Origin: Eledone cirrhosa
Taxonomy: Eukaryota
NCBI GenBank assembly: GCA_964016885.1
Contig: OZ024760.1
Location: forward strand, 9,114,001-9,178,000
DNA: 64,000 nucleotides
Direction of reading: 5' to 3'
Part shown: piece by piece, positions 36,101-50,425 of the stretch
Position numbering within the stretch: the first letter of the stretch is position 1
Layout: the number at the start of each line of letters is the position of its first letter
Notes under the pieces: model-generated
Told to the model about the DNA's origin: nothing
Database searches by the model: none
The model's input: only the letters and a program-made list of their open reading frames with translations
Translations under genes and position numbers: made by a program

Positions 36101-39100
36101 GTGCATTGAAGTAGGATGTAAAGTATGTAGAAGGTGCATTGAAGTAGGGTGTAAAGTGTGTAGAAGGTGCATCGAAGTAAGATGTAAAGTGTGTAGAAGG
36201 TGCATTGAAGTAGGATGTAAAGTGTGTAGAAGGTGCATCGAAGTAGGATGTAAAGTGTGTAGAAGGTGCATCGAAGTAGGATGTAAAGTGTGTAGAAGGT
36301 GCATTGAAGTAGGATGTAAAGTGTGTAGAAGGTGCATTGAAGTAGGGTGTAAAGTGTGTAGAAGGTGCATTGAAGTAGGATGTAAACTGTGTAGAAGGTG
36401 CATTGAAGTAGGATGTAAAGTGTGTAGAAGGTGCATTGAAGTAGGGTGTAAAGTGTGTAGAAGGTGCATTGAAGTAGGATGTAAACTGTGTAGAAGGTGC
36501 ATTGAAGTAGGATGTAAAGTATGTAGAAGGTGCATTGAAGTAGGGTGTAAAGTGTGTAGAAGGTGCATTGAAGTAGGATGTAAAGTATGTAGAAGGTGCA
36601 TTGAAGTAGGGTGTAAAGTGTGTAGAAGGTGCATTGAAGTAGGATGTAAACTGTGTAGAAGGTGCATTGAAGTAGGATGTAAAGTATGTAGAAGGTGCAT
36701 TGAAGTAGGGTGTAAAGTGTGTAGAAGGTGCATCGAAGTAAGATGTAAAGTGTGTAGAAGGTGCATTGAAGTAGGATGTAAAGTGTGTAGAAGGTGCATC
36801 GAAGTAGGATGTAAAGTGTGTAGAAGGTGCATCGAAGTAGGATGTAAAGTGTGTAGAAGGTGCATTGAAGTAGGATGTAAAGTATGTAGAAGGTGCATTG
36901 AAGTAGGGTGTAAAGTGTGTAGAAGGTGCTAGAAGTAGGATGTAGAGTGTGTAGAAGGTGCATTGAAGTAGGATGTAAAGTGTGTAGGAGGTGCATTGAA
37001 GTAGGGTGTAAAGTGTGTAGAAGGTGCATTGAAGTAGGATGTAAAGTGTGTAGAAGGTGCATTGAAGTAGGATGTAAAGTGTGTAGAAGGGGCATTGAAG
37101 TAGGATGTAAAGTGTGTAGAAGGGGCATTGAAGTAGGGTGTAAAGTGTGTAGAAGGTGCATTGAAGTAGGATGTAAAGTGTGTAGAAGGTGCATCGAAGT
37201 AGGATGTAAAGTGTGTAGAAGGGGCATTGAAGTAGGATGTAAAGTGTGTAGAAGGGGCATTGAAGTAGGATGTAAAGTGTGTAGAAGGGGCATTGAAGTA
37301 GGATGTAAAGTGTGTAGAAGGTGCATTGAAGTAGGATGTAAAGTGTGTAGAAGGTGCATTGAAGTAGGATGTAAAGTGTGTAGAAGGTGCATCGAAGTAG
37401 GATGTAAAGTGTGTAGAAGGGGCATTGAAGTAGGATGTAAAGTGTGTAGAAGGTGCATTGAAGTAGGATGTAGTGTGTAGAAGGGGCATTGAAGTAGGAT
37501 GTAAAGTGTGTAGAAGGGGCATTGAAGTAGGATGTAAAGTGTGTAGAAGGTGCATCGAAGTAGGATGTAAAGTGTGTAGAAGGTGCATTGAAGTAGGATG
37601 TAAAGTGTGTAGAAGGGGCATTGAAGTAGGATGTAAAGTGTGTAGAAGGTGCATTGAAGTAGGATGTAAAGTGTGTAGAAGGTGCATTGAAGTAGGGTGT
37701 AAAGTGTGTAGAAGGTGCATTGAAGTAGGATGTAAAGTGTGTAGAAGGTGCATTGAAGTAGGGTGTAAAGTGTGTAGAAGGTGCATCGAAGTAGGATGTA
37801 AAGTGTGTAGAAGGTGCATTGAAGTAGGATGTAAAGTGTGTAGAAGGTGCATTGAAGTAGGATGTAAAGTGTGTAGAAGATGCATTGAAGTAGGATGTAA
37901 AGTGTGTAGAAGGTGCATTGAAGTAGGATGTAAAGTGTGTAGAAGGTGCATTGAAGTAGGGTGTAAAGTGTGTAGAAGGTGCATTGAAGTAGGATGTAAA
38001 GTGTGTAGAAGGTGCATTGAAGTAGGGTGTAAAGTGTGTAGAAGGTGCATCGAAGTAGGATGTAAAGTGTGTAGAAGGTGCATTGAAGTAGGATGTAAAG
38101 TGTGTAGAAGGTGCATCGAAGTAGGGTGTAAAGTGTGTAGAAGGTGCATTGAAGTAGGATGTAAAGTGTGTAGAAGGTGCATCGAAGTAGGGTGTAAAGT
38201 GTGTAGAAGGTGCATTGAAGTAGGGTGTAAAGTGTGTAGAAGGTGCATTGAAGTAGGATGTAAAGTGTGTAGAAGGTGCATTGAAGTAGGGTGTAAAGTG
38301 TGTAGAAGGTGCATCGAAGTAGGATGTAAAGTGTGTAGAAGGTGCATTGAAGTAGGATGTAAAGTGTGTAGAAGGTGCATTGAAGTAGGATGTAAAGTGT
38401 GTAGAAGGTGCATTGAAGTAGGGTGTAAAGTGTGTAGAAGGTGCATTGAAGTAGGGTGTAAAGTGTGTAGAAGGTGCATTGAAGTAGGATGTAAAGTGTG
38501 TAGAAGGTGCATCGAAGTAGGGTGTAAAGTGTGTAGAAGGTGCATTGAAGTAGGGTGTAAAGTGTGTAGAAGGTGCATTGAAGTAGGATGTAAAGTGTGT
38601 AGAAGGTGCATTGAAGTAGGGTGTAAAGTGTGTAGAAGGTGCATCGAAGTAGGATGTAAAGTGTGTAGAAGGTGCATTGAAGTAGGATGTAAAGTGTGTA
38701 GAAGGTGCATTGAAGTAGGATGTAAAGTGTGTAGAAGGTGCATTGAAGTAGGGTGTAAAGTGTGTAGAAGGTGCATTGAAGTAGGATGTAAAGTGTGTAG
38801 AAGGTGCATTGAAGTAGGGTGTAAAGTGTGTAGAAGGTGCATTGAAGTAGGGTGTAAAGTATGTAGAAGGGGCATTGAAGTAGGGTGTAAAGTGTGTAGA
38901 AGGTGCATTGAAGCAGGATGTAAAGTGTGTAGAAGGTGCATTGAAGTAGGATGTAAAGTATGTAGAAGGTGCATTGAAGTAGGGTGTAAAGTGTGTAGAA
39001 GGTGCATTGAAGTAGGGTGTAAAGTGTGTAGAAGGTGCATTGAAGTAGGGTGTAAAGTGTGTGGGCGTTGCATTGAAGTAGGATGTAAAGTGTGTGGGAG

Positions 39101-39182
39101 TTGCATTGAAGTAGGATGTAAAGTGTGTAGAAGGTGCATTGAAGTAGGATGTAAAGTGTGTGGGAGTTGCATTGGAGCAGGA
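18135..39182. repeat. ~21 kb satellite, 33-bp unit tgtaaagtgtgtagaaggtgcattgaagtagga, roughly 640 copies
   Basis: Period 33 throughout; rare 1-3 bp and 9-bp deletions. Confidence 0.98.
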
Positions 39183-39830
39183 AGCAGAAAAAGCTTAAAT
39201 GAAAGAGACACTATCAAATCTTCAGATTTATCCCTAGAAATAGTTGACAGCTCCTGTTACCCAGAAAACTTAATCATCAGTGTGGGTGGATATTCTGAAA
39301 GTAGAGTGACTAGAGTAAGAACTGAGTGGAAAAAGTTTGGGGAGCTACTACGTCTGCTGGCGACATAGGGTTTCTTTCTCAGGACAAAACACAGATTATA
39401 TAATATCATTGTAAGGACTGATGCAGGGAAGTGAAACTTGGGCTTTGAATGCAGAGGATTTACTAATAATATTGATTTCTTTATTAGCCACAAGGGCGCA
39501 ACAAGAAAGGGGACATAAGGCAAGCATATTCCGATGGATGTGTAATAGCAACATGCAGGAACGGTGGAGCATTAGCAAACTAAAAGTAATACTGAGCATA
39601 AGAGGCATTATATGCAGTGTACATCACAGAGAAGACTGTGTTGGTATAGACATGTTATCTGTAAGGAGGATAACAGCTTCATAAAGTGTAGGATACTCAA
39701 AGTTAATGAAAATTACAGAAGAGGTAGACCAAGGAAAGCTTGGGGTTGATGCAGATGACCTCATGAAAGAGATAACACAAGATTGAGTTAACTAATGATG
39801 TGATACAACAGATGACCTTCCTTCTCATGT
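39183..39830 (+). mobile_element. Decayed RTE LINE ORF, right part
   Basis: LEIVDSSCY..GGYSESRVTRVRTEWKKFGELLRLLAT, MQGSETWALNAEDL, ASIFRWMCN, RRGRPRKAW. Confidence 0.85.
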
Positions 39831-40634
39831 TAGTGGGATGAAACAAACATAAAGGTCCATGTTTCCCACTCCAACCTTCCTCAAATACCCCTCTCCTCTT
39901 CAGCCCCCCACCCATTTGTCCAACCCAAGCCAGAATAGTTGGGCTACCTGATTTTACAATCACTGCCCTGACTGACATGCCAGTATGGTATACAGGACAC
40001 ATTCTGATAGTAGTGGTGGTGTGGTGAGGTCGATAGTATGTGGTGGCATTCCAAGTAAATCTCCAGTGAGACCTTGAAATTCCCAGCTTCTTCATGGATC
40101 ATTCTCCAGCAGTCTTTTGGGAACATTTAAAATCCACCATTTTGAAGTCCTGGGGTTTTCTACAAAGAAAACCAGGACCTGGTGTCCAAGCAACACTCCA
40201 CCCACTAGGACTTTACTTAACCTTGTACACAGCAAGCCCCAGTGAAAATTCCAGATGTGTGGTGGATGTACCTTTCAAAGACCTGAGTAAGTAAAGAGGA
40301 TTCTAAGAGACTGTGATGCCAGTATAAGGGTCAGCTGAAAAGTTCATAGGCTAACCAAACTAGGTTTATTTTTTCAACATACTCCCCAGAAACAGTGCAA
40401 TTATTAATTAGTTGAAATTAATGTATGCAACCATCACTCCTTCATAGTCAGCCTACCCGGGTATGGCCCTTTGGACAGGTGCTACTCACACAACATCCAT
40501 CTTCATTCAATGGTCAGTCAGAACATTTTCAGACTCTGTTCAGGCCCAGCCAGATGGTCCATGACCTGTCCAAGCTATGCCAGCAGTAAAATGATAAAGG
40601 TGACAACCAGGCCTATGACTAAAAACACCTTAAA

Positions 40635-40672
40635 TAAAAACAACACAAGAGTTTAGTTTAAACTTTTTTATT
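40635..40672 (-). promoter_or_regulatory. Candidate distal cleavage/polyadenylation site for the PABP transcript
   Basis: Minus-strand AATAAA (plus tttatt 40667-40672), followed ~17 nt later by GU/U-rich cttgtgttgttttt; lies at the edge of the TE-free zone. Confidence 0.4.
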
Positions 40673-42473
40673 AACTGAATGAAAGAAAAGATGAAAATTC
40701 ATCCCCAGTACAGACAGTGAAAATGCTGTCCCCACATGTACAGGTTGCAATTCAGTTCTTAAGTGGTAGATTTTTTCATTTACTTTTTATATTTTAATTT
40801 TTTTAATACCATGTACCAACTTACAGAAGGTTGTAAAGGAAGGGTGTATTTGGGAAAGAGTGGGGATGGGGTGAAGAATTTTTAAAGGGACAACAGGGAT
40901 ATTGAAAAAAATAATAAAATTACAAGGACAGGTTGGCAACTTCTGATGCCCCCCAGAAGAGAAAAAAATAAAATTACAAATAAATAAATAAAAATTTCAA
41001 TGCACCTTAATAATTTAGATGTAATAGTAGTAGTAGTAATAATTTCAACAAAAAGATTTTTAACCAGCATTATTTTCCAACACAAATCTTGGGACAAGTT
41101 TAAAAAGAGGGACAAAAATATACCATATTTTTCAACCTGTACCAGATTTGGTTTAAATAATTGGTTTTATTTTAGACGGGGACTTGGTATGCTAATTTTC
41201 GTTTTTATTACCATTTTTTTTCCTTCCTTTTAAACATATTCAATTTTTATAAGTTTTTTTTTAATTTTATTTTATATATATATTAACTTTGGTTTTTTGG
41301 AGGCAGACCCTACACATTGAGTTTTCCTTGGAAGGGAGCCCTTAATAAACAGAAAAAAAAACTGTTAACCACCATTCTCTGAAAGTTTTATTGGGAGTTT
41401 GTTTTTAAACATTTAAAATATATGTGTGTGTGTATATATATATACATATATGTGTATATTTATATAATATAATCTATATACATATATGTATATATACATA
41501 CACACATGCATGCAGATACACTTTGCAGCTGTTAATGCAATTTTTAAAATTAGATTTTTGCTTGTTACGATTTTTTTTAACTTGGGATATTATACCAATT
41601 TATCGTATTTTTTTTGTTGTATTTTAATATTTTCGTTTTTTCCAATCTTCATTACCTGAGCATTTAACAGAATTTTTTTTTCTTTGTATCATTTTAAAAA
41701 TTTTCTTTAAAAAAATTTTCTCTACATAAGACTTTTAAAACAATCTCTGAAGAACCTATAGTTTGAAAGATTCAGCAATTTTAACCAGTTGTTTTTTTCA
41801 GTAACATTTCATTAGAAAATCTAAATGTTGTCATTTTTATTTATTTAAGTCTAAGATTGTGAGAGTTTTTGTTTGTATTTTTTTTTTTTTTAAATATTTT
41901 TATATAGTTTTATTTATTTTGAAGTGAAGGGTGAGGGGTTTAAATAACACAATTTGTCGTTTCGACAATGTCTCTATGTCACATATACATACATATGTGA
42001 ATGGTGAGAAGGAAAGAGAGGGGGGAGGGGGCTAGGAAGAAATAAAACAACTACTTTCAGTTAAAAGAAAGAAAGAAAAAAAAAAAAGTTAAATTGACAT
42101 TTTTATTTTTAGAATTGTTTTTTTTTTTTAATTTCCAAAGAAAAAAAAAAAAAATTTGAATTTTTAGTTGTTGCATTTTTTTGGGGTGGTTGGGGGTGGA
42201 GTGAGAAACCTCCCCCCTTCCAGGTACAGAAATAAACTAAATATAAATTAAAGCCAACTGATGACACACGTGGTTATAGTAATAATAGTAGTAGTAATAG
42301 TAATAATAATGATAATAATAACAATAACAGAGAAAGGGGGTAGAACAAGATATAGGGGCTGTAAAGGAATGGACCTAGAAACGTATTTAAAAAGATATAT
42401 ATATACATAACAAGGCACCATTCCTTCTTCAGCCTGGAAATAAAAAACGAAAATGAAATTAAAACAAAATTAC

Positions 42474-44030
42474 AAATATATATATACATACATATATATA
42501 ATATATATATGTACACATACATAAATATATATATACATAAATATATATACATACATACACAAATAGACATACATATACATACATACATATATAAATATAT
42601 ATATACATACATACATATATAAATATATATATACATACATACATATATAAATATATATATACATACATACATATATAAATATATATATACATACATACAT
42701 ATATAAATATATATATACATACATACATATATAAATATATATATACATACATACATATATAAATATATATATACATACATACATATATAAATATATATAT
42801 ACATACATACATATATATATATATATACATACATATATAAATATATATATATATAAATATATATATATATAAATATATATATATACATATATAAATATAT
42901 ATATATATAAATATATATATATACATATATAAATATATAAATATATATATATACATATATAAATATATATATATATACATACATACATATATAAATATAT
43001 ATATATACATACATACATATATAAATATATATATATATATACATACATATATAAATATATATATATACATACATACATATATAAATATATATATATACAT
43101 ACATACATATATAAATATATATATATACATACATACATATATAAATATATATATATACATACATACATATATAAATATATATATATACATACATACATAT
43201 ATAAATATATACATACATATATAAATATATATATATACATACATACATATATAAATATATACATACATATATAAATATATATATATACATACATACATAT
43301 ATAAATATATATATATACATACATACATATATAAATATATATATATACATACATACATATATAAATATATATACATACATACATATATAAATATATATAC
43401 ATACATACATACATATATAAATATATATACATACATACATACATATATAAATATATATACATACATACATACATATATAAATATATATACATACATACAT
43501 ATATAAATATATATATATACATACATATATAAATATATATATATACATACATAAATATACATACATACATACATATATAAATATACATACATAAATATAC
43601 ATACATACATACATATATAAATATACATACATACATATATAAATATACATACATATATAAATATATATATATACATACATATATAAATATATATATATAC
43701 ATATATAAATATATATATATACATACATATATAAATATATATATATACATACATATATAAATATATATATATACATACATATATAAATATATATATATAC
43801 ATACATATATAAATATATATACATACATATATAAATATATATATATACATACATATATAAATATATATATATACATACATATATAAATATAAATATATAC
43901 ATACATATATAAATACATATATATACATACATATATAAATACATATATATACATACATATATAAATATATATATATACATACATATATAAATACATACAT
44001 ACATATATATATACATACATACATATATAT

Positions 44031-44061
<31 letters not shown>

Positions 44062-44200
44062 CATACATATGTAAATATATATATATACATACATATGTAA
44101 ATATATATATATATATACATATGTAAATATATATATATATATACATATGTAAATATATATATATATATATACATACATACATACACATACATACATATAT
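42474..44200. repeat. ~1.7 kb compound (TA)n/(TACA)n microsatellite with ~20-32 bp super-period
   Basis: acatacatatataaatatatatat units. Confidence 0.95.
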
Positions 44201-44629
44201 AAAAGACAACCAGAGACAGAGACAGAGAGAGAGAGAGAGAGAAAGAGAGTTAGAATGAGAGAGTGGAGAAGGACAGGATAATAAATCCACCATTATACAC
44301 ACACACTTGGCACATACATATACACATATATATACACAGTCAGAGCAAGCACGTGGGTGTATAGATATATAGATATAGATATACACATATACGAGACAGG
44401 TTGTTGGCCAAGAAAAAAAATAAAAATAAAAAGAAAATGAAAATAAAAATAATAAAAATAAAGATAAAGGTAATTAAAAAAAAAAAAAAAAATAAAAGGT
44501 TTTTTTATATTAGTTTTCAACTTCTGTTTCTCTCCTTCCACACACTTGTTGTTGTTCTTCTTCTTCTCTATAAAGTCTCCATCACAACTTTAATTTATTT
44601 CAACATCTCCATATAGATATAGATACATA

Positions 44630-44663
<34 letters not shown>

Positions 44664-45039
44664 TTTTTTTTTTTTTGTCAAATTTTAACTGTTACATTTT
44701 TTTTGTTATATTTTCTTTATAAATTGCAGCAGCAGCAGGAGAGAGATTTTCTCTTTCTAGTTTTTCCATTTTTTTTTTTATATATATAACTTTGTTTCCA
44801 ATAAAAAAATAAAAAATAAAAAACCATCACCATCGTCATCATTAGGATGGTCAAAATTGTGGAGAGAGAGAGAGAGGGAGGCTGGGGGGGATTGGGGTTT
44901 TTTTTTTTTTTATATATATAAAAGATTATATAAGATGGGATAATATATACCCCCCCGGGGAAGTCGAAGGAAGGTGTTGCCGCTATATACTTTTAACGGA
45001 TCCATATATATGTATATATGTAGATATATATATGTGTGT

Positions 45040-45078
45040 GTGTGTGTGTATATATATGTATGTAAAACACATCGTATT

Positions 45079-45118
<40 letters not shown>

Positions 45119-45374
45119 AAACACATCGTATGTGTGTGTGTATGTGTGTATGTATGTATATATATATATACATATCATCATGTGTGCATACAACACGTCG
45201 CATGTATGTGTGTATATATATATCTATATACATATCATGTGTACATAGAACACGTCGTATATATATATAGATATATGTCTATATATATATAACACACATC
45301 GTATGTGTATATAGATAGATATATATATATATATATACATATCGTGTGCATACACACGTATATATATAAAACAC

Positions 45375-45414
<40 letters not shown>

Positions 45415-45490
45415 CATCATGTGTATATATATATATATATATAACATCATGTGTATATATATATATATATATATATAAAACACATCATGA

Positions 45491-45532
<42 letters not shown>

Positions 45533-46200
45533 CATCATGTGTATATATATATATATATATATAAATCACATCATGTGTATATATATATATATATATATAA
45601 ATCACATCACGTGTATATATATATATATATATATAACACATCGTATGTGTATATAGATATATATACATATCGTGTGCATACACATACATATAAAACACAT
45701 CGTATGTGTATACATATATAAAACACACATCGTATGTGTATATAGATACACATACATATCGTGTGCATAACACACATACATATATAAAACACACATCGTA
45801 TATGTATATAGATATATATATATCTATATACATATCGTGTGCACACACACACATATATATATAAAACACACATCGTATATGTATAGATATACATACACAT
45901 CGTGTGCATACACACACACACATATATATATATATATAAAACGCATCCTATGTGTATACATATATATATATATATATATATAAAACACATCGTATGTGTA
46001 TATATATATAAAACACATCGTATGTGTATACATACATACATATATATATAAAACACATCGTATGTGTATATACATATATATAAAACATCGTATGTGTGTA
46101 TATATATGACATAAACGTATCATACGTATATAACACACACGCATCACGTGTGTACATACATATCACGTATATATATATATAACCCACATCGCATGTCTTT
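45040..46200. repeat. Array of acacat-cgt-atgtgt / acacatcatgtgt hairpin motifs spaced by (TA)n
   Basis: Motif aaaacacatcgtatgtgt and variants recur roughly 20 or more times. Confidence 0.8.
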
Positions 46201-47056
46201 ATATACATATATATACATACATATACATATATAAATATATATATTTTTTCACTCACATCGCCAACCCCAATAAAAGGGACCAAAAATACTTCCCAACATA
46301 AAATAAACCAAAAAAAATAATAAAAATAAACATTTACTAAAAGAAAGATATTATAGAGAGGGCAGAACGTCTGACCTCTCCCCAACCGAAGAGGCACCGT
46401 AGTATAGTAGTAGGGGTAGGTGAGACACACACACATATATAAATGGTTGGTACTGGTAGTTATAGTAGTAGTAGTAGTAGTCAGTTGTAGTAGTAATAAT
46501 AGTAGTAGTAGTAGTAGTAGTGGTGGTGGAAGATGGTCAGTTTGTTATAACATCCACCGTGTATATATATATATATTTATATATATGTTTATATATATAT
46601 ATATATATATATGTATGTTTATATATATGTATGTTTATATATATATATATGTGTGTGTGTGTTATGTTACGTTACGTTGTGTGGTTGTGTTGTGTTGTGG
46701 TGTGTATGTGTATGTGTATATATGTATATGTATGTGATGGAGAAAATTACGAGACATTTAGCAGATGGAGACGAGAGACTGGAGAAATAGAGGAGGTTAG
46801 CAGATAAAAAAACATTACAATAATAATAATAATAATAATAATAATTAATTAATAATTAATAATAATAATAAAAAATCAGCAAAAAAAAAAGGAAAAGAAA
46901 ATTACTTTAAAGAATACAGAAAAAAAAAAAAATTAATACTAATAGTAAAGTCTGGTGATGGGAGGAGAGGTGAAAAAGGATTTTTCGTGTTTCATTTTTT
47001 TGTTGCTATTCTTCACTTTGGTTTGACATTTCTTCATGTAGTTGATGTTATTCTCT

Positions 47057-49140
<2,084 letters not shown>

Positions 49141-50029
49141 ATTTCGCAAACCTCTCACCTACCTAAAATTCGCCTGCCACCCTATGGCCTTACAATTGAA
49201 CAATTGCAAGTTTTTTCTCTCAAATATAATCCAAATCAAATGAATGTTTTCAATATATCACATTTTAAAAACGTTTCTGATACTTTAAAACATAAAAATG
49301 ATAGTTTTTGCTTGCATTTACGTGTATTTTAGCATTTTCTAACTTGAATGATTTCAATGATGATCAGTCAGTTAAAGTAAGTTATAATTCAATTTTTACT
49401 ATTGTAAACAGTAAAACAGTAATAATTAAAAAATTGCAACGCTTAATTCGCATAAATATAGATTTTATATTGTTAAAAGCTGATAAAACAAACGGAAGAA
49501 TTTTGTAAGCGCTTAATTTTTTGCATCACCGCCAGCACGTGATTTACTATTGTAATCAGTTAACGCCATGTAGTATGAAATGAAATCTTAATAAATAGGC
49601 CATGACACAAAGATCTTTCAATATAAATTTAAATTTAAATAATAAACTAACCTTATGACGCCTTTTTTTCATTATTTAGTTTTAAATATTTCAAGTCAAA
49701 TTTCAGATGAATGAGGCACTTCAATGTAAAGCGGAATGATATAGTGCACACACACACCTGCCGACCGTATCACTCTCGTGAAAGCGGCGTATGAATTATA
49801 CGAAACGCAATAAACAACGGATTTCATCAGCAGACATTTTCTCTCCGTCTATTTCTTACTCTCTCTATTTCTCTCTCTTTCTCTTACACACACATATCTG
49901 TTGTTTCTTTTTAGTTTCACTCTCCCTCCATTTCATACATACATATTCTTTCTCGCATACACACACAGATTCGCTCCCTCTCTCTTCACTATATTATTAA
50001 TCACTCACTCCCTTTATATATATCCTTCT

Positions 50030-50425
50030 GTCTATCTATCTCACTCACTCAGTCTTACTCCCTCTTTATTTCATTCACTCTCTATCTATCTCACTCAGTC
50101 TTATTCCCATTCTATATATCTCTCTATCTCTCACTAGTCTTATTCCCTCTCTATCTATCTATCTCTCACTAGTCTTATTCCTTCTCTATCTATTTCTCAT
50201 CAGTCTTATTCTCTCTTTATCTATCTCTCACGTGTCTTACTCCCTCTCTAAATATCTCCTTCTTTCTCTTTACCTATCTCTCATTAGTCTTACTCTCTCT
50301 CTACCTATCTCTCATTAGTCTTACTCTCTCTCTACCTATCTCTCATTAGTCTTACTCCCTCTCTATCTATCTCTCATTAGTCTTACTCTCTCTCTATCTA
50401 TCTCCCTCTCTCTCTCTATCTATCT
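50030..50425. repeat. CT-rich degenerate minisatellite (tctcattagtcttactctctctctacctatc)
   Basis: Direct inspection. Confidence 0.75.

Noticed and set aside
18089-39368. Giant ORFs (up to 4225 aa) on both strands
   Set aside because: A 33-bp unit lacking stops in four frames produces them automatically; scattered frameshifts and stops; flanks are a dead LINE
42274-46807. Tyr/Ile/Cys/Met-rich ORFs (also at 8509-9040)
   Set aside because: Translations of (TA)n/(TG)n microsatellites
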